The notes beneath the pieces were generated by a model. It did not search any database, had not been told where the DNA came from, and saw only the letters and a program-made list of their open reading frames with translations. DNA of 63,983 nt, filler included, from Dimargaris cristalligena (lineage: Eukaryota), in the NCBI GenBank assembly GCA_003614675.1. It is 24 parts of 24 records of this genome, joined end to end, with 100 filler letters (N's around TTAATTAATTAA, not from the genome) between each part and the next. Parts side by side here need not be neighbours in the genome. Positions count along the whole stretch, not along the records: positions 24,382 to 26,980 come from ML004159.1; positions 27,081 to 29,676 come from ML004160.1; positions 29,777 to 32,369 come from ML004161.1; positions 32,470 to 35,060 come from ML004162.1; positions 35,161 to 37,751 come from ML004163.1; 19 more parts are not named here. One strand, given 5' to 3'. The translations under genes and the position numbers were made by a program. Shown here in pieces: positions 25,216-37,851 of this stretch. Each line of letters begins with the position of its first letter. Within the stretch, counting starts at the first letter, position 1.

Positions 25216-25491
25216 CCCATATATTATTAATGAGATAGGACTGTAAATATAACTCAAAAACAAATAAACAGTCAGCTTAGATCCCCTTATATGTTGTGGA
25301 AGACAATATATTGTACCTATCTATTATAGATTATTTGGGAATTATAAATTGAATAGTAATCACAGTGCCATTCTAATGTGACTTAAAATAATATTAAAAG
25401 TGAAAGAAAAGTATAATTTATATAGCTAGATAATGACAGTTGGTTTTATCAAGCTAGATTGAGGGAGTACCTAAGATAAATTAATGTCCTA

Positions 25492-26075
25492 TGTTACTTG
25501 GGTTAGCCACTCTTAGTCCATCAAGAGTCCCGAGGATAAGCTTCTAATAGTGGGTGGGGCTTAAACTTTGCCAAGTGGGCTACTAGTATTAGATTCAGGA
25601 TATAGTATTAACTAATAAAGGCTACAGAAGGTATATGTAAGGGGCATACAGTGGGTACACTTATTAGTCAGTATAAGGGGGAGTGAGTGTATATAGAGTT
25701 TATTGGGTAAACTAAGGGGTGGGAATAAGCTAAGGAATCTAACTGGTCCCAATGGGCCCCAGTTATATATATGTAGAGATAACTCTAGAGGGAGGTCCCA
25801 AGGGTAAGATACTACTAAGAATATAGGATAGGGAAATAGGTTGACCAGATAGTTATTGGTATCCAGAAGACTCTGATGGTAACTGGAAGAGTCTTTGGAT
25901 CAGCACTTTAGTAATTAGTATGAAAAAGCAGAGTCTAGGTAGGGGAAATGTAATATAGTAAAGGATAATCCCATAGTACAGGGTATAATTATGGGAAGGT
26001 AAATATGGTACTATAAGGCCTAATATAGTTAGGTATCTAAGCTGGCTAGATTAAGGTAGATTAGATGGTTTGACA
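25492..26075 (-). mobile_element. Solo LTR, family A
   Basis: TG...CA termini; 5-bp target duplication TCCTA/CCCTA. Confidence 0.85.
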
Positions 26076-26827
26076 CCCTAAATATGAGGTAATAATACTA
26101 GTGATATAAAATTAGTAGGACATAGGTTGTAAATTTCTAATAATTAATGATAGTATACTAACCCATAGCTAACCTTTGCTAAGCTATATATATATATATA
26201 TTATTATAAACTCTGCAAAACTTAGTACACTTTCTATTTTGGGGGAAATGCCAACTCCTTGCTCAGTTTTAGTATATCTCCAGCTTTTTAGTGACACCAT
26301 AGTTAATATCCCATGATTTAGAGACCAATATCCATTATTAACACTCCAATGTCGAAATACATATAAAGTATAGTTTAATATCTCAAGTTTTTATCACATT
26401 AAGTTTATTAGGAGGTTCTATTGTTGATATATATGTCCAGATGGGTGTTTTATCCTATCCTGTTTCCACCAATTACATTAATTTATTTAGTCATTTTGTG
26501 ACCATTTATTTTAACCACTTATATTTTTCCCACTGAATATACAGTTCAATAAAACTAACCACCTGGAGGCACCTGCCATCCTCGAGCTGCTTTCTTTCTT
26601 TACTTCCAGTTTTATTATTTTCTTTAGTATTCCAACAGTTCTATGGGTAAAATCCAACATGTCTGAATAGGGGTTTAAATGATGTATACCGGATAATAGT
26701 GCTAAAATTTATTTAAAATCTGTCACATCCATCGGATTTTGAGTTACGCAGTTTAGCTATGCGGTCACTCAATTCTTTCAGGTATCCTCTCAATTCCTGT
26801 TTCGAATTTTGAATGGCAATGTGGAGT

Positions 26828-26980
26828 TGTCGCCCCTCCTAATCCGTCCTAATCCAACCGATATGACCGCCGTCATATCAGGCCGTATAGTGCCATACTG
26901 TACCCCCCGGCCCTAATAAGGCCGAGCATCATTGATATCCCCTTACCGGCCAGGCCTCCCGGAGTTCGCACTAATCACTC
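26828..26980 (+). mobile_element. LTR family A, 5' end, CpG-rich little-mutated copy at the contig end
   Basis: Starts TGTCGCCC, the perfect inverse of GGGCGACA at 30012-30019. Confidence 0.85.
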
Positions 26981-27158
26981 NNNNNNNNNNNNNNNNNNNN
27001 NNNNNNNNNNNNNNNNNNNNNNNNTTAATTAATTAANNNNNNNNNNNNNNNNNNNNNNNNNNNNNNNNNNNNNNNNNNNNGTGGTTTCAATAAAAGAGGA
27101 AAAATAATTAAGACAATGTCCAATACTACTATAGCTATTTGTCTATATCACAATATTA

Positions 27159-28408
27159 TGTTGCGGCCAGACTGGGATGACCCTAGTGGCCCTATCAATA
27201 CAACAACTAAACTTTCTCTAGTCTCGGACCTTCCCTCCAAAAGAGGACAAGCCCCGAAAGTTTTACCATTTCTTTAACTTTCAAACCTATATTTCTACTA
27301 TTCATTCTCTAACTAGGATTACAAACTTTATGACTACATACCTTGGGTATACCGTAGTCCTTTATTAATATAACTATACAATTGCAGTTATAATAATCCA
27401 TATATATAATCATATTGTTCCCCACAGGGTGAATGAGGATTCCTTTCCGGACCTCAATTTTTCCTATATCTTCTAAAACAATTACTATCAGTGGTCATAC
27501 TGGAATTAACCTGCGACTATTACTATTACTATTACTTAGAATAAATCTAATTATTGCTATTACTATATTAAGTTATCAGCAGCACAACAATTATTTGTTG
27601 TAGTGTAGCAGAGTGAGTATAAAATAACAGGCGTGAATGCCTTATAATCAAAATCAAAGAGACAGTAAAGTTGAACCTTTAAAATAACTAAGACAACTGT
27701 AGGCAAAACTGCTGGTACAGTTGATAAGAAATGAAAAAAGAGATGTTTTATTAAGAGCTGCGATTCCTGAAGGTATTTATACTTAGGAAGTGGTTGAAGT
27801 CCCACCTATGTAGTATTGCTGCTTTAATTGATTAATACTAAGGAGTTTACGAATATATCTGGCTAATGATGATATCAAATATAAATGCAAGTGATATTTG
27901 ATGTATCTCTCACTTGCTATGATATTACAAGGCTATAAAATAATAAATCATGACTTCACTAATAAAAGGATATAACAATGGGAACTGATTAATAAAGGAA
28001 TACTATGGTTGACTAAGTGGTCTCAGGTCCTACCACAACAGTTGTGGCTAGACTGGGACAACCCTAGTGGCCCAATCAATGTAGTAACTAAACTTTCTCT
28101 AGTCCTGGATCTTCCCTCCAAAAGAGGATAAGCCCCAAGAGTTTCACCATTCCTTTAGCATTCAAACCTTTATTTTCTGTATATTTTTACTATTCATTTT
28201 CTGGCCAGGATTGTAAACTTTATGACTACATACCTCAGGTATACAGTAGTTATTTATTAATATAATCATATAATTATAGTAGTAATAATCCATATATATA
28301 ACTGTGCCATTCTCTATAGGGTGAATAGGGATTCCTCTCCTAACCTCAATTTTTCCTATATCTTTTGTAATCACTATTAGCAGTTATACTGGTATTAACT
28401 TGTGGCTA
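27159..28408. repeat. Two diverged direct copies of a ~360-bp LTR-like repeat (about 27159-27520 and 28041-28408) flanking another LTR-like unit (family E, about 27596-28040)
   Basis: Alignable copies; family E 3' end also present at 32470-32548. Confidence 0.7.
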
Positions 28409-28992
28409 TGTTAGACCATCTAATCTACCCTAATCTAGACATATTAGTAACTATCCCTATTAGGCCTTATAATACTATATTAACCTTCCTATGGTCCCCC
28501 TGGTACTATGGGATCACCCTATATCATATAACCATTCCCCTTCTGGACCCTGCCTCTTTGCACTAATCACTCAAGTATTGATCCAAAGACTCTTCTAGTT
28601 ACCACCTGAGTCTTCCAGATCCTCACAGCTGTCCAGTTAGCCTATTTCACCATACCTTAGTCTTAGTAATATTTTCCCCCCAGGGCCTCCCTCTGGAGTT
28701 ATCCCCATGTATATATAACCAGGTCCCATTGGGACTAGTTAGATTCTTCAGCTTATTCTTACCACCCTAGTTTACCCCTAATAAACCTTATATTTACTCA
28801 CTGCCCTTATACTAACTAGTAAGTGTACTGCTACACATCCCTTACCTATACCTGTATTTGAAGCCTTTATTAGTTAGTACTGTATCTATACCTAATACTA
28901 GCAACTCACTTAGCTGAGCCTAAGCCCTACCTACCATTAGAAGCCTATCCTAGGGACTCTTGATGGACTAAGAGTAGTTAACCTGGGTGATA
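28409..28992 (+). mobile_element. Full-length LTR family A copy, strongly mutated
   Basis: Collinear with 36953-37516; no matching target duplication. Confidence 0.85.
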
Positions 28993-29776
28993 ACAAGTAA
29001 TGAAGTTGTAAATAGCCTATTAGGAAGAAATATGGATATATATATATATATATATCAAAATAAAATAGGTGATACTTTAATTTAAGCTCATTTATGTGAT
29101 TTGGGGGTTGCATTGTACAGTATATTACTAGTATAAGTGCACTAAGTTAAAACCTAACCAAACAGTTACTAAAACCAAAGACCATATTGCAAGTACAGTT
29201 AGTGCTAAGTACAGAAGTATTATCTTTTACTTTGTGGCATATTGCAATGGGTGGTATGGGGAAGAAGTCCAGGGGCATCCCTAAATAGCATACATGACTG
29301 TATTAAGCTCACTGTCATCATCTAGACCTGTCTTATTGAGACATTCCTCAGTAAAAATAGCTGGTTAACTTGTATACAAATTACCCAAGGCAAAATCACT
29401 ATCAATCAGACTACAATAATTTGTATAGTATTAAGTAATGCATGGTAATTCAAATAAAGTGTGAGTTCATATAGGACTGCTTCATATTATTCAAGTAATC
29501 CATTAGTTATACTATCTAGTTTTACAAAAGCATTATAGTTAATTAATTATTAAAAAATATGCCTTGTTTTGGTCCATGTCGGCCTGTTATGATGGGCTAT
29601 AAGTAAGACCAGGTACCATAAGATGGACAGGACTTTGAAGGATGGAAAATAGGTTTATTAGACTAGATATCAAAAANNNNNNNNNNNNNNNNNNNNNNNN
29701 NNNNNNNNNNNNNNNNNNNNTTAATTAATTAANNNNNNNNNNNNNNNNNNNNNNNNNNNNNNNNNNNNNNNNNNNN

Positions 29777-30019
29777 AGCTTATTCTTACCCCCGTAGTTT
29801 ACCTCAATAAACTCTATATACGCTCACCCCCTAGTACTGACCAGTAAGTGTGCATCTAGTGCACGGACCTCGCCTACGTCCTACGCTTGCTTTATTCGGT
29901 TAGCCTTGTCACCGCCCCTAACACTAGTAGCCCGCTTGGCCGTGTCCAACACCCCACCTACCGTTAGAAGCTTATCCCCGAGACTCTTGACGGACTAAGA
30001 GTGGTTAACTCGGGCGACA
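29777..30019 (+). mobile_element. LTR family A, 3' end, little-mutated copy inserted into an ABC transporter gene
   Basis: Ends GGGCGACA directly against ABC coding sequence. Confidence 0.85.
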
Positions 30020-32071
30020 CTCATTGTAGCCGAAATGAACGTCCTTGAACTCGATGGCGCCGTCTGTAATATCCCAATCACAGGGTGCGTCATCGGGGTC
30101 ATGGATTTCATTGTTGATATCGATAAGCCGTAACAGATATTGGCATCCTTCAATCTCTTTCTTGACCCATCGCACTAGTTTGCATGCGTATGTAATTGGT
30201 CGGTAGGTTCTTTCAAAATAAGTCGCGAAACATATGATATGAGTAGACCTCATTTGGCCGCGTGAAAGTAGGCGGAGGCACATCATCATGCCAATGATTT
30301 GGGGCAGTTTTTCAACTATCCACCCCACATCCTTGAGGTTATTTCGATAATCTTTACCAGATTTGAGCGAAGCCTCATTTCCCATTTGGTCTTCATATTG
30401 GCCAATCTCGTAGTTCTCCGTCGCAAATTGCTTGATTAATCCGGAGACTTTGGTGGTATGTTTACCCACGCCACGTGGTTTATAAGGGGGGGGTATAGTC
30501 GATATTTCTTCGAGTAGGCCCAATAATGTTTTCCCTAATTAGATGCCACATACACATAGCCAAAGAAAGGGGCATAAAGTACGAATCGTAAAGCAATCGA
30601 AAGTGATATACAGAGAGTAGTACACCTACTAAATCCGATCCTAAGCCGATGAGAAAATATGATACAGTACGGACCAAATTGTCAATGGCATGTCGATGGC
30701 CGTTAATCGGGTTTCGCTTGGATGTGTCTAAACGAAGGCGTATCGACTTGGCCTGTATGATTGAATAAACAAATGGTTTACATCGTGATTTTAGGTGCTC
30801 TAATGCGGAGGAAGACGGGTCACCCGAACCCACATTTGCTGTAGAAATCAGCCGACTAACCACTAGGGACAATACGTATTGGATTAGAGGAGGGAAACTC
30901 GATGCGGGGCTGGCCAACGAGTCGAGAAATTCCTTATGGTACCACGGCTGAAAGGTCTGTACCCATTGGTTAATATATTTGAATATTGTACGTTGTACTA
31001 ACGAATATGCCACGCTTATGTTCATCGGAAACATCAGGTCATAGATAATGCGGGAGATACGGGTAATGATAATCCATGTAGGGTACTTAGAATATAGCCC
31101 ATTCTGGTTTTTTGTCATCTCGTCAGCTGGTGCAGGCGCAATCTGGGGAGACGCAAACGAAGAAAAAATACCAACGGTATAGTACCACATGATGTAGAGC
31201 GGAATAGCCAAGGTGAGGATAGTGAGCAGCAGTTTGGTGACCGCTATGCCAAGGGTAAGACGGCGTGCAAATAGCCCCACGGCAGGGGGGCCATCTTCAG
31301 GGAGCCAGTTACTTAGCAGATTCTGGATGAGCTCCCAGGTGTGGATAACCAACGCCACGGCCCAAAGCTGAAGCCAGTGGGGAATTATTATCGGATGGAT
31401 TTCGGCGATGGATTGGGCGTCGGCTTCGGAGTAAAGAAAATAATAAACCCCTACTGTGAAGGCCACCATGGCCTGTTGGAACATCGCCGAGATGAGCCAA
31501 GGGTGCCAGCTGGTTGGTATGTCGGGGTCGATGTAGACAGCGAACTGGGTCACCCCGACCTCGGCGTACATTAGTCCGAATATCACCCACATAGTAGTAT
31601 GGGCGGTGCGTAGCCACAGTTGGCCCAACTCAACTCTTCGGTTTGGACAATCATTTCTTATCCTGCGGGGCCCTATGTGAAGGGATATGGAGTGGATCAT
31701 AACATTCAACACAATATATATATACATATTAGAATACATTTTCAAATGAAGATTCGGAAGTCAATCAGGTTAAACTGAGGTGGGCTCTTCGTAATATAAT
31801 ATGACTTAGCGCAATCTGTAGTGGACGTACTCTTATCAAGTTGATGTTCAGTTAAATGGTGACCCAGGCGGTAGCGGCGTAAAATCAGGATGGCAATGGC
31901 CGTGAGGTATGCCAGTGTTGGTACGGCAGGGGGCAGGTAGAAACAATCCGGAGGCGAAAACCGGGACAGTAGGACCAAACCGGTTATCAAGACCGTTCCC
32001 TCCCACAAAAAGTTGACCGGTTTCAAGGTAACTGTCATGGTCACTGGGACATGTGCGGAGGTTATCTTCAT
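30020..32071 (-). pseudogene. Divergent half-size ABC transporter (HMT1/ABCB6-like), frameshifted and interrupted at the start of the nucleotide-binding domain
   Basis: Many transmembrane segments; LIKQFATENYE and DPDDAP...GAIEFKDVHFGY linker; frame change near the G8 run at 30486-30493. Confidence 0.7.
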
Positions 32072-32469
32072 GGTTTACACGTATAAAATTAATACCAGAA
32101 TGCGTGGTCCGATAGGGGGGTATACAGGAAATCCAAATATATATTCTGAGACAGAGAGAAACTGTGTTCATGTAAGATTAGGTAGATACTCAAAATGACG
32201 CGCAGGCTTAACAGTCCCTAATAAAAGCTACAAATAGTTCGGCCCCTTTAGAAAACGGGAAAATTAGGTGATGATCAATAAATGGGTAGTGTTGTGGCCG
32301 GGCCTGCTTAAACTCTAATAGCATATCCCGGCCAAACTATTTTTAGTTTAGAAAAGATGAAGAACATCANNNNNNNNNNNNNNNNNNNNNNNNNNNNNNN
32401 NNNNNNNNNNNNNTTAATTAATTAANNNNNNNNNNNNNNNNNNNNNNNNNNNNNNNNNNNNNNNNNNNN

Positions 32470-32548
32470 ATAAAAGGATATAGTAATGGGAACTGATTAA
32501 TAAAGAAATACTGCGGTTAACTAACTAGTCTCAGGTCCTACCACAACA
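32470..32548 (+). mobile_element. 3' end of LTR-like family E (...CTACCACAACA)
   Basis: Matches 27962-28040; AATAAA and CA terminus. Confidence 0.7.
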
Positions 32549-32558
32549 CAATAGAGAA

Positions 32559-32630
32559 TCTTCAATAGTATAGTGGTAAGTATCTCCGCCTGTCACGCGG
32601 AAGACCAGGGTTCAATTCCCTGTTGGAGAG
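32559..32630 (+). tRNA. tRNA-Asp(GTC)
   Basis: Acceptor TCTTCAA/TTGGAGA, anticodon arm TCCGC-CTGTCAC-GCGGA, T arm CAGGG-TTCAATT-CCCTG, oligo-T terminator. Confidence 0.92.
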
Positions 32631-33420
32631 TTCTATTTTTTTCTCTTCTTCCTCTTTAATTACTTTTAACCGATTTCAAGATGCTATATAATCATCCTGC
32701 ACCTGGTAACTACCAAGAAGGCTCAGTCAAATGGCTTGAAACATTGTAATGTAGATTAATTTAAGCACCACTATTGATAATACCTTTTAGAAATATACCT
32801 CTTCTCAATACTTTATACAAAAGTAAATCAATTTAATCTTCATTTTGTGAAATAATTTAGGTATTTAATTATACCATATAGTACTTGGTATCCCAAGTGA
32901 ACCTTTACAGAAGGTCAAGATAGGTCAGAACTACAATAGGTAACATGGGTATGTGTGTTAGCATGGCAAAATCAGTAAGGTACTGGGGAGAGGGATAGTA
33001 ACAGTGAGTAAGGGGTAATGAAACATTCTTACTTTACTTAGTAGGGTAAAGGAGCATAATGGGTTTATTGGGCTATAATTAAATGTAACTAAGCTGAGGA
33101 ATTAAGAAATTGGGGTGGTTCCCTTTATATATACTGAGGCACTTCCTTTAGGAGAGTGTCTTATATATAGATAATTTGGGATAAGGTATTAGTCTGGTAG
33201 TTATTAAAGATATAACAGGTAGATAAGTAGGTAAATGGTTAATGTATATATACAGGAGGGTAGATTAGTCAGGTAGATTATTTCTTTTAAAAGAGTTAAA
33301 GTTTTAGAAGATACTTATAATTGTCTGGTAAGTGTACAGGCAGAATTCAGTTACCTGTTGGCAATGCTATATGAGGTAATCTTAGACATGTAGGTGTGAC
33401 CCTGAGAAAAATAGTATAGT

Positions 33421-34004
33421 CATTACCTGGCTTAACCACTCTTAGTCTGTTAAGAGTCCCAAGGATAGGCTTCTGACAGTAGGTAGGGCTTAGGCTTGGC
33501 CAAGTGGGCTACTAGTATTAGGTGTGGGGTATAGTACTAGCTAAAAAAGGCTGAGTGTAGGTATAGGCAAGGGATATACAATGGGCCCACTTACTAATCA
33601 GTATAAGGGGGAGTAAGTATATATAGAGTTTATTGGATAAACTAGGGGTAAGAATAAGCTAAGGAATTATAACTAGTCCCAATGGGGGCCCAGTTATATA
33701 TATGCAGGGATAACTCCAGAGGGAGGCCCTAAGGGAAGGATGCTACTAAGACTAAGGTATAGATAAACAAGCCAACTAGATGGTTGTAGGTATCTGGAAG
33801 ACTCTAATGGTAACTGGAAGAGTCTTTGGATCAGTACTTGAGTGATTAATGTGAAGAGGTAGAGTCTGGAGGGGGAAGGGTTATATGATATAGGATAATC
33901 CCATAGTACCTGGGGTGACCATGGGAAGGTTAATATGGTGCTATAAGGCCTAATATGGTCAGACACTAAGCCAGCTAGATTAAGGTAGATTAGGTAGGCT
34001 CATA
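33421..34004 (-). mobile_element. Full-length LTR family A copy, mutated
   Basis: Collinear with 25492-26075. Confidence 0.82.
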
Positions 34005-35160
34005 AGGGTAATAAATATATTTAATAATTAATCAGATTAAGGCTAACCCATCTTTAGGAACTAGGTATTATCATCATTGAGTTAAATCAATAGGGCAGAG
34101 TTGCTTAATTACTATAAGGGCATATCCCCCTTCAACTATCCCTACCCTCCCATTGTAGGTTCCAGTTAGAAATTCATTTCCTGCATCCTACTAATTCTAT
34201 ATCTCTAATTATACTGTCCCATACTCAGACATTATTTTTATCTTAATTACTGCTTTAATCTAACTCAGTAAAACTAACTACAGGCATTTGGCTTGGCCTC
34301 CTGTGGTTCTTTCTGTATTCTATAATTTATTTAAGTTGTATTAGAAATTACTTGTGCTTACCCTTCAAATTTATCATTATAATATCTCATACTATCATCT
34401 AATATATGCCATAGTATAATCCATACATCTCATAGCTTTTTTATGAGCTCATTTTAGTTAAATCCAGTTCTATACTTGCCCTAAGTCTTTAATATATTTC
34501 TATACTATGTAATAATACACAATTGGTATAACATCTTGGGGTATAATCAAAATGAGCCAACTGCAATACTGTTCTGAAAAGTACACAGTAAAGATTGGAA
34601 TTTTGTTATTGAACAAATATAGAACTCAATAGTAAACTATGAAAACAACATTACGATTTTGAATCAAATCACCATATAATCCTGCTAAATGACCATGCCA
34701 ATTATAAAGAGCATAAGTAAAGGTGGCTGTGCTTAACATATACAATACATACATGGGTTTAGGTGTATGTATTTATATTTACATTGGCATTGGCATTAGG
34801 AGGAGCTGTTAGAAACATTGGTGGATGATAACAAAGGAAACAAAATGCTAGGAGGAATAGGACAGGCCAAGATAAGCATGGGCCTAACAGACCCTAAAGA
34901 AGGAAAATCAGATGGACAGATGGGAAAGCAAAGGATCACAATTGCCCTGTGATCAGGTTAAATATACACTATAAAAGTGCTAGACCCACAATGTTTGGGA
35001 CATCATGGGTTGGGAGTATAGGAATGATACAGTACTAGGGGAGGGGGTATAAATAGATATNNNNNNNNNNNNNNNNNNNNNNNNNNNNNNNNNNNNNNNN
35101 NNNNTTAATTAATTAANNNNNNNNNNNNNNNNNNNNNNNNNNNNNNNNNNNNNNNNNNNN

Positions 35161-35434
35161 CCTGTGAGCGTGGGATACGGTACTGGGCTGGTGGAGGAGG
35201 AACATCTTCTACAGCTCTCTTAACTTCGGCTTCAGTCTTTTTACTTGTCAATACCAGACTTTCATGGACATAACTGGCAGAGTTTTCAAGTGAATAATCG
35301 TAAAGGATTTCAAGTTTCATTCCTTCCACATAGGAGCCGGTTACGTGAAACAACGTCCCTTTTTTCTTATCGCTACTCCAAAACAGCGCTGTGTGGTTGC
35401 GAGGAATCCCGACAAACATCACCTTATACAACAT
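35161..35434 (-). CDS. Small fungal protein, DUF6540-like (3' truncated)
   Basis: GIPRNHTALF...GTLFHVTG...GM..E...VPPP pattern; family assignment from memory. Confidence 0.55.
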
Positions 35435-36143
35435 GGTCAGAATACACCGCGTTGAGCTGGGCAGAAAAACGAAAGCTCAGCGCCGTAATGTCCGAATACT
35501 CGCGCAGCTATATCAAACCAGCGGCTAACCCAGCGTTCGCACGATAGGCTTTTGACGTATTCCTAAAAGTCGGGAGTTGTGATCGTAATTATTACCACAA
35601 GGTAATATTACCTGATAACCGTATCCGGTCCGGCTAGAGAAGTGACGGCCTTGTGGTAAAATTAGATGACTTTGAGAAATCGCGCACTCGGCGGGGACAA
35701 TTATTGTCTGACTTTCAGACAGGGGCAACCAGGGATCACACAGGGGTTCTTCTAATGTGCGGCGGATAGGGAACAATGAATGGGCTCCGGCAAAATGATG
35801 ACACGGATAAGACAATACTGGGGATTGAATGAATAACTAATAGTAAACTATACTGGTGTATAGCTGTTTGACTTTTTTGAGAGAATAACCGACAGTTATT
35901 TATATAAAACTGAGTTAATATTAATGAAATATAAAGTAGCGACCTACTAGTGCTACTATAATAGTGAAATACCTAATGGGTGTTTGTGAATACTTACTAT
36001 AGCCAACTGTAATGGTAGATAAAATTATGAAGGCCGCCAATGTTGGCGGCTTGGAAATACAAAGGTAGGGGATACGCCCCAGTATTCTATAACTGAGAAT
36101 ATTCAATAAGGAATGCAAAATAATAAATAATGGATAGCGGAAT

Positions 36144-36176
36144 GTGGAAAGTGGAAAGTGGAAAGTGGAAAGTGGA
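36144..36176 (+). repeat. (GTGGAAA)n short tandem repeat, about 4.5 units
   Basis: Directly visible. Confidence 0.9.
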
Positions 36177-36857
36177 GAGAAGTGGCCTAATTTGTTGAAT
36201 GGCCCATATTAGTGGGAAAATATGAAGACTTACCTTTGGTGATATTCTTTATCTTTTTTAAACTAATAGTAGTTTAGCCATGATATCATTTGGGTTAACC
36301 TCTCTTAGGCTATTAAGAGTTCTGGGAATAAGCGTCTAACAGTTGGCAGGGCTTAGTCTCAGCCAAGTGTACTACTGTGGAAATCCATGATGATGACAGG
36401 GCTAGGCAATTCCTTTGATAACGGTCGAAATGTGCACTCAGGCTTCGATGCTTGTTGATGACGAGTCTTCGATGACAAAGAATTTTTATCATAGATATCT
36501 AAAAACTTTGATATGACGAAATATCGGTTATTCCTAGTAAAGCCATCTAAGGAAATATGAGGAAATAATGAATATAAAAACCCACCGATTTTCTGCCTCT
36601 AAACAAGCAAGTCTTCCTCTTTTCCTCCTTTTTTTTTCTTTGAATTATAGCGTACCAAATATATATTTATTTTACTACCAAGTCTCTCTCCGACAATTGT
36701 TAATTGAATGATATCACCCTTGGGGAACCCTTGACACCCGCGCTCGGTGACAAGGAAGGTGAAATTTGTCTGCACAAAGAAGGCACTAAACTATCCCCCA
36801 CCGACCCCAACACAAGCAGGCTATAAGTATCAGGCACAGGGTATAGTACTAACTAAT

Positions 36858-37751
36858 ATGTCCTTTTTCAATAATTATATTGCGTGGAGATAAGTCACCA
36901 TGTGAGAATACAATAGGCCGATTTTTAGGGAGCAGTTGTTTGACAAACCCGCTGTTGCCCCTCCTAATCCGTCCTAATCCAACTGATATGATTGCCGTCA
37001 TATCAAGCAGTATAGCACCATATTATACCCCTGGCCCTAACAAGGCCGAGCATTATTGATATCCCCTTACTGGCCGGACCTCCCAGAGTTTGCACTAATC
37101 ACTCATAGGTGATCTTAGTACCTTCCAATTCCCATAGAAGCCCCGCTCAACCGAGGACCAGCTGGTCCATCTTATTGTTAGCCATTATGTAGTTTCCCTC
37201 AGGACCTCCCCTTTGGAGTAGTCCTCGGTGTATATATAACCAGGCCCCCTTTGGGACAGGTTAGTACTTCAGCTTATTCTTACCCCCAGTTTACCCCAAT
37301 AAACTCTATATATGCTCAACCCCTCTTGTTACTGACTAGTAAGTGTGCATTCGTGCACGTCCCCTGCATACATAGTGACACTTGCTTTATTTAGTTAGTA
37401 CCATCCCACCGCCCCTAATGCTAGTAGCCCGCTTGGCCATGTCCAACACCCCGCCTACCGTTAGAAGCCTACCCCCAAGACTCTTGACGGACTAAGAGTA
37501 GTTAACCCGGGTTACACCTGCGGTAATGGTTACCTATTAGTGCCAGGGGTTTTGTGATAGTGTGGTTAAATTCAATTAGCGTACATTCTTTTCCACTGAA
37601 AAACATATCACGGAACTGGGTGGACCCAATTCCATGGATCATTGTGTCATGTAAACCACGCATTTGGGACACATATCCATGTAATTCTGCTACCAACCCA
37701 TCCAGAACGGACTCATCTATAGTAGGCAACAGTTCGGCCAAGGATGTGCCA
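36858..37751 (-). pseudogene. APH/choline-kinase-like phosphotransferase gene split by a solo LTR
   Basis: Removing 36953-37516 and one target copy restores ...GNHYRGFVKQLLPKNRPIVFSHGDLSPRNIIIEKG, with an HGDLxxxN catalytic loop. Confidence 0.8.
36953..37516 (+). mobile_element. Solo LTR, family A (564 bp)
   Basis: TGTTGCCC...GGGTTACA termini; target duplication CCCGC/CCTGC; internal TATATA and AATAAA. Confidence 0.92.
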
Positions 37752-37851
37752 NNNNNNNNNNNNNNNNNNNNNNNNNNNNNNNNNNNNNNNNNNNNTTAAT
37801 TAATTAANNNNNNNNNNNNNNNNNNNNNNNNNNNNNNNNNNNNNNNNNNNN

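Noticed and set aside
36144-36176. (GTGGAAA)n as a telomeric repeat
   Set aside because: Short, internal and not at a contig end
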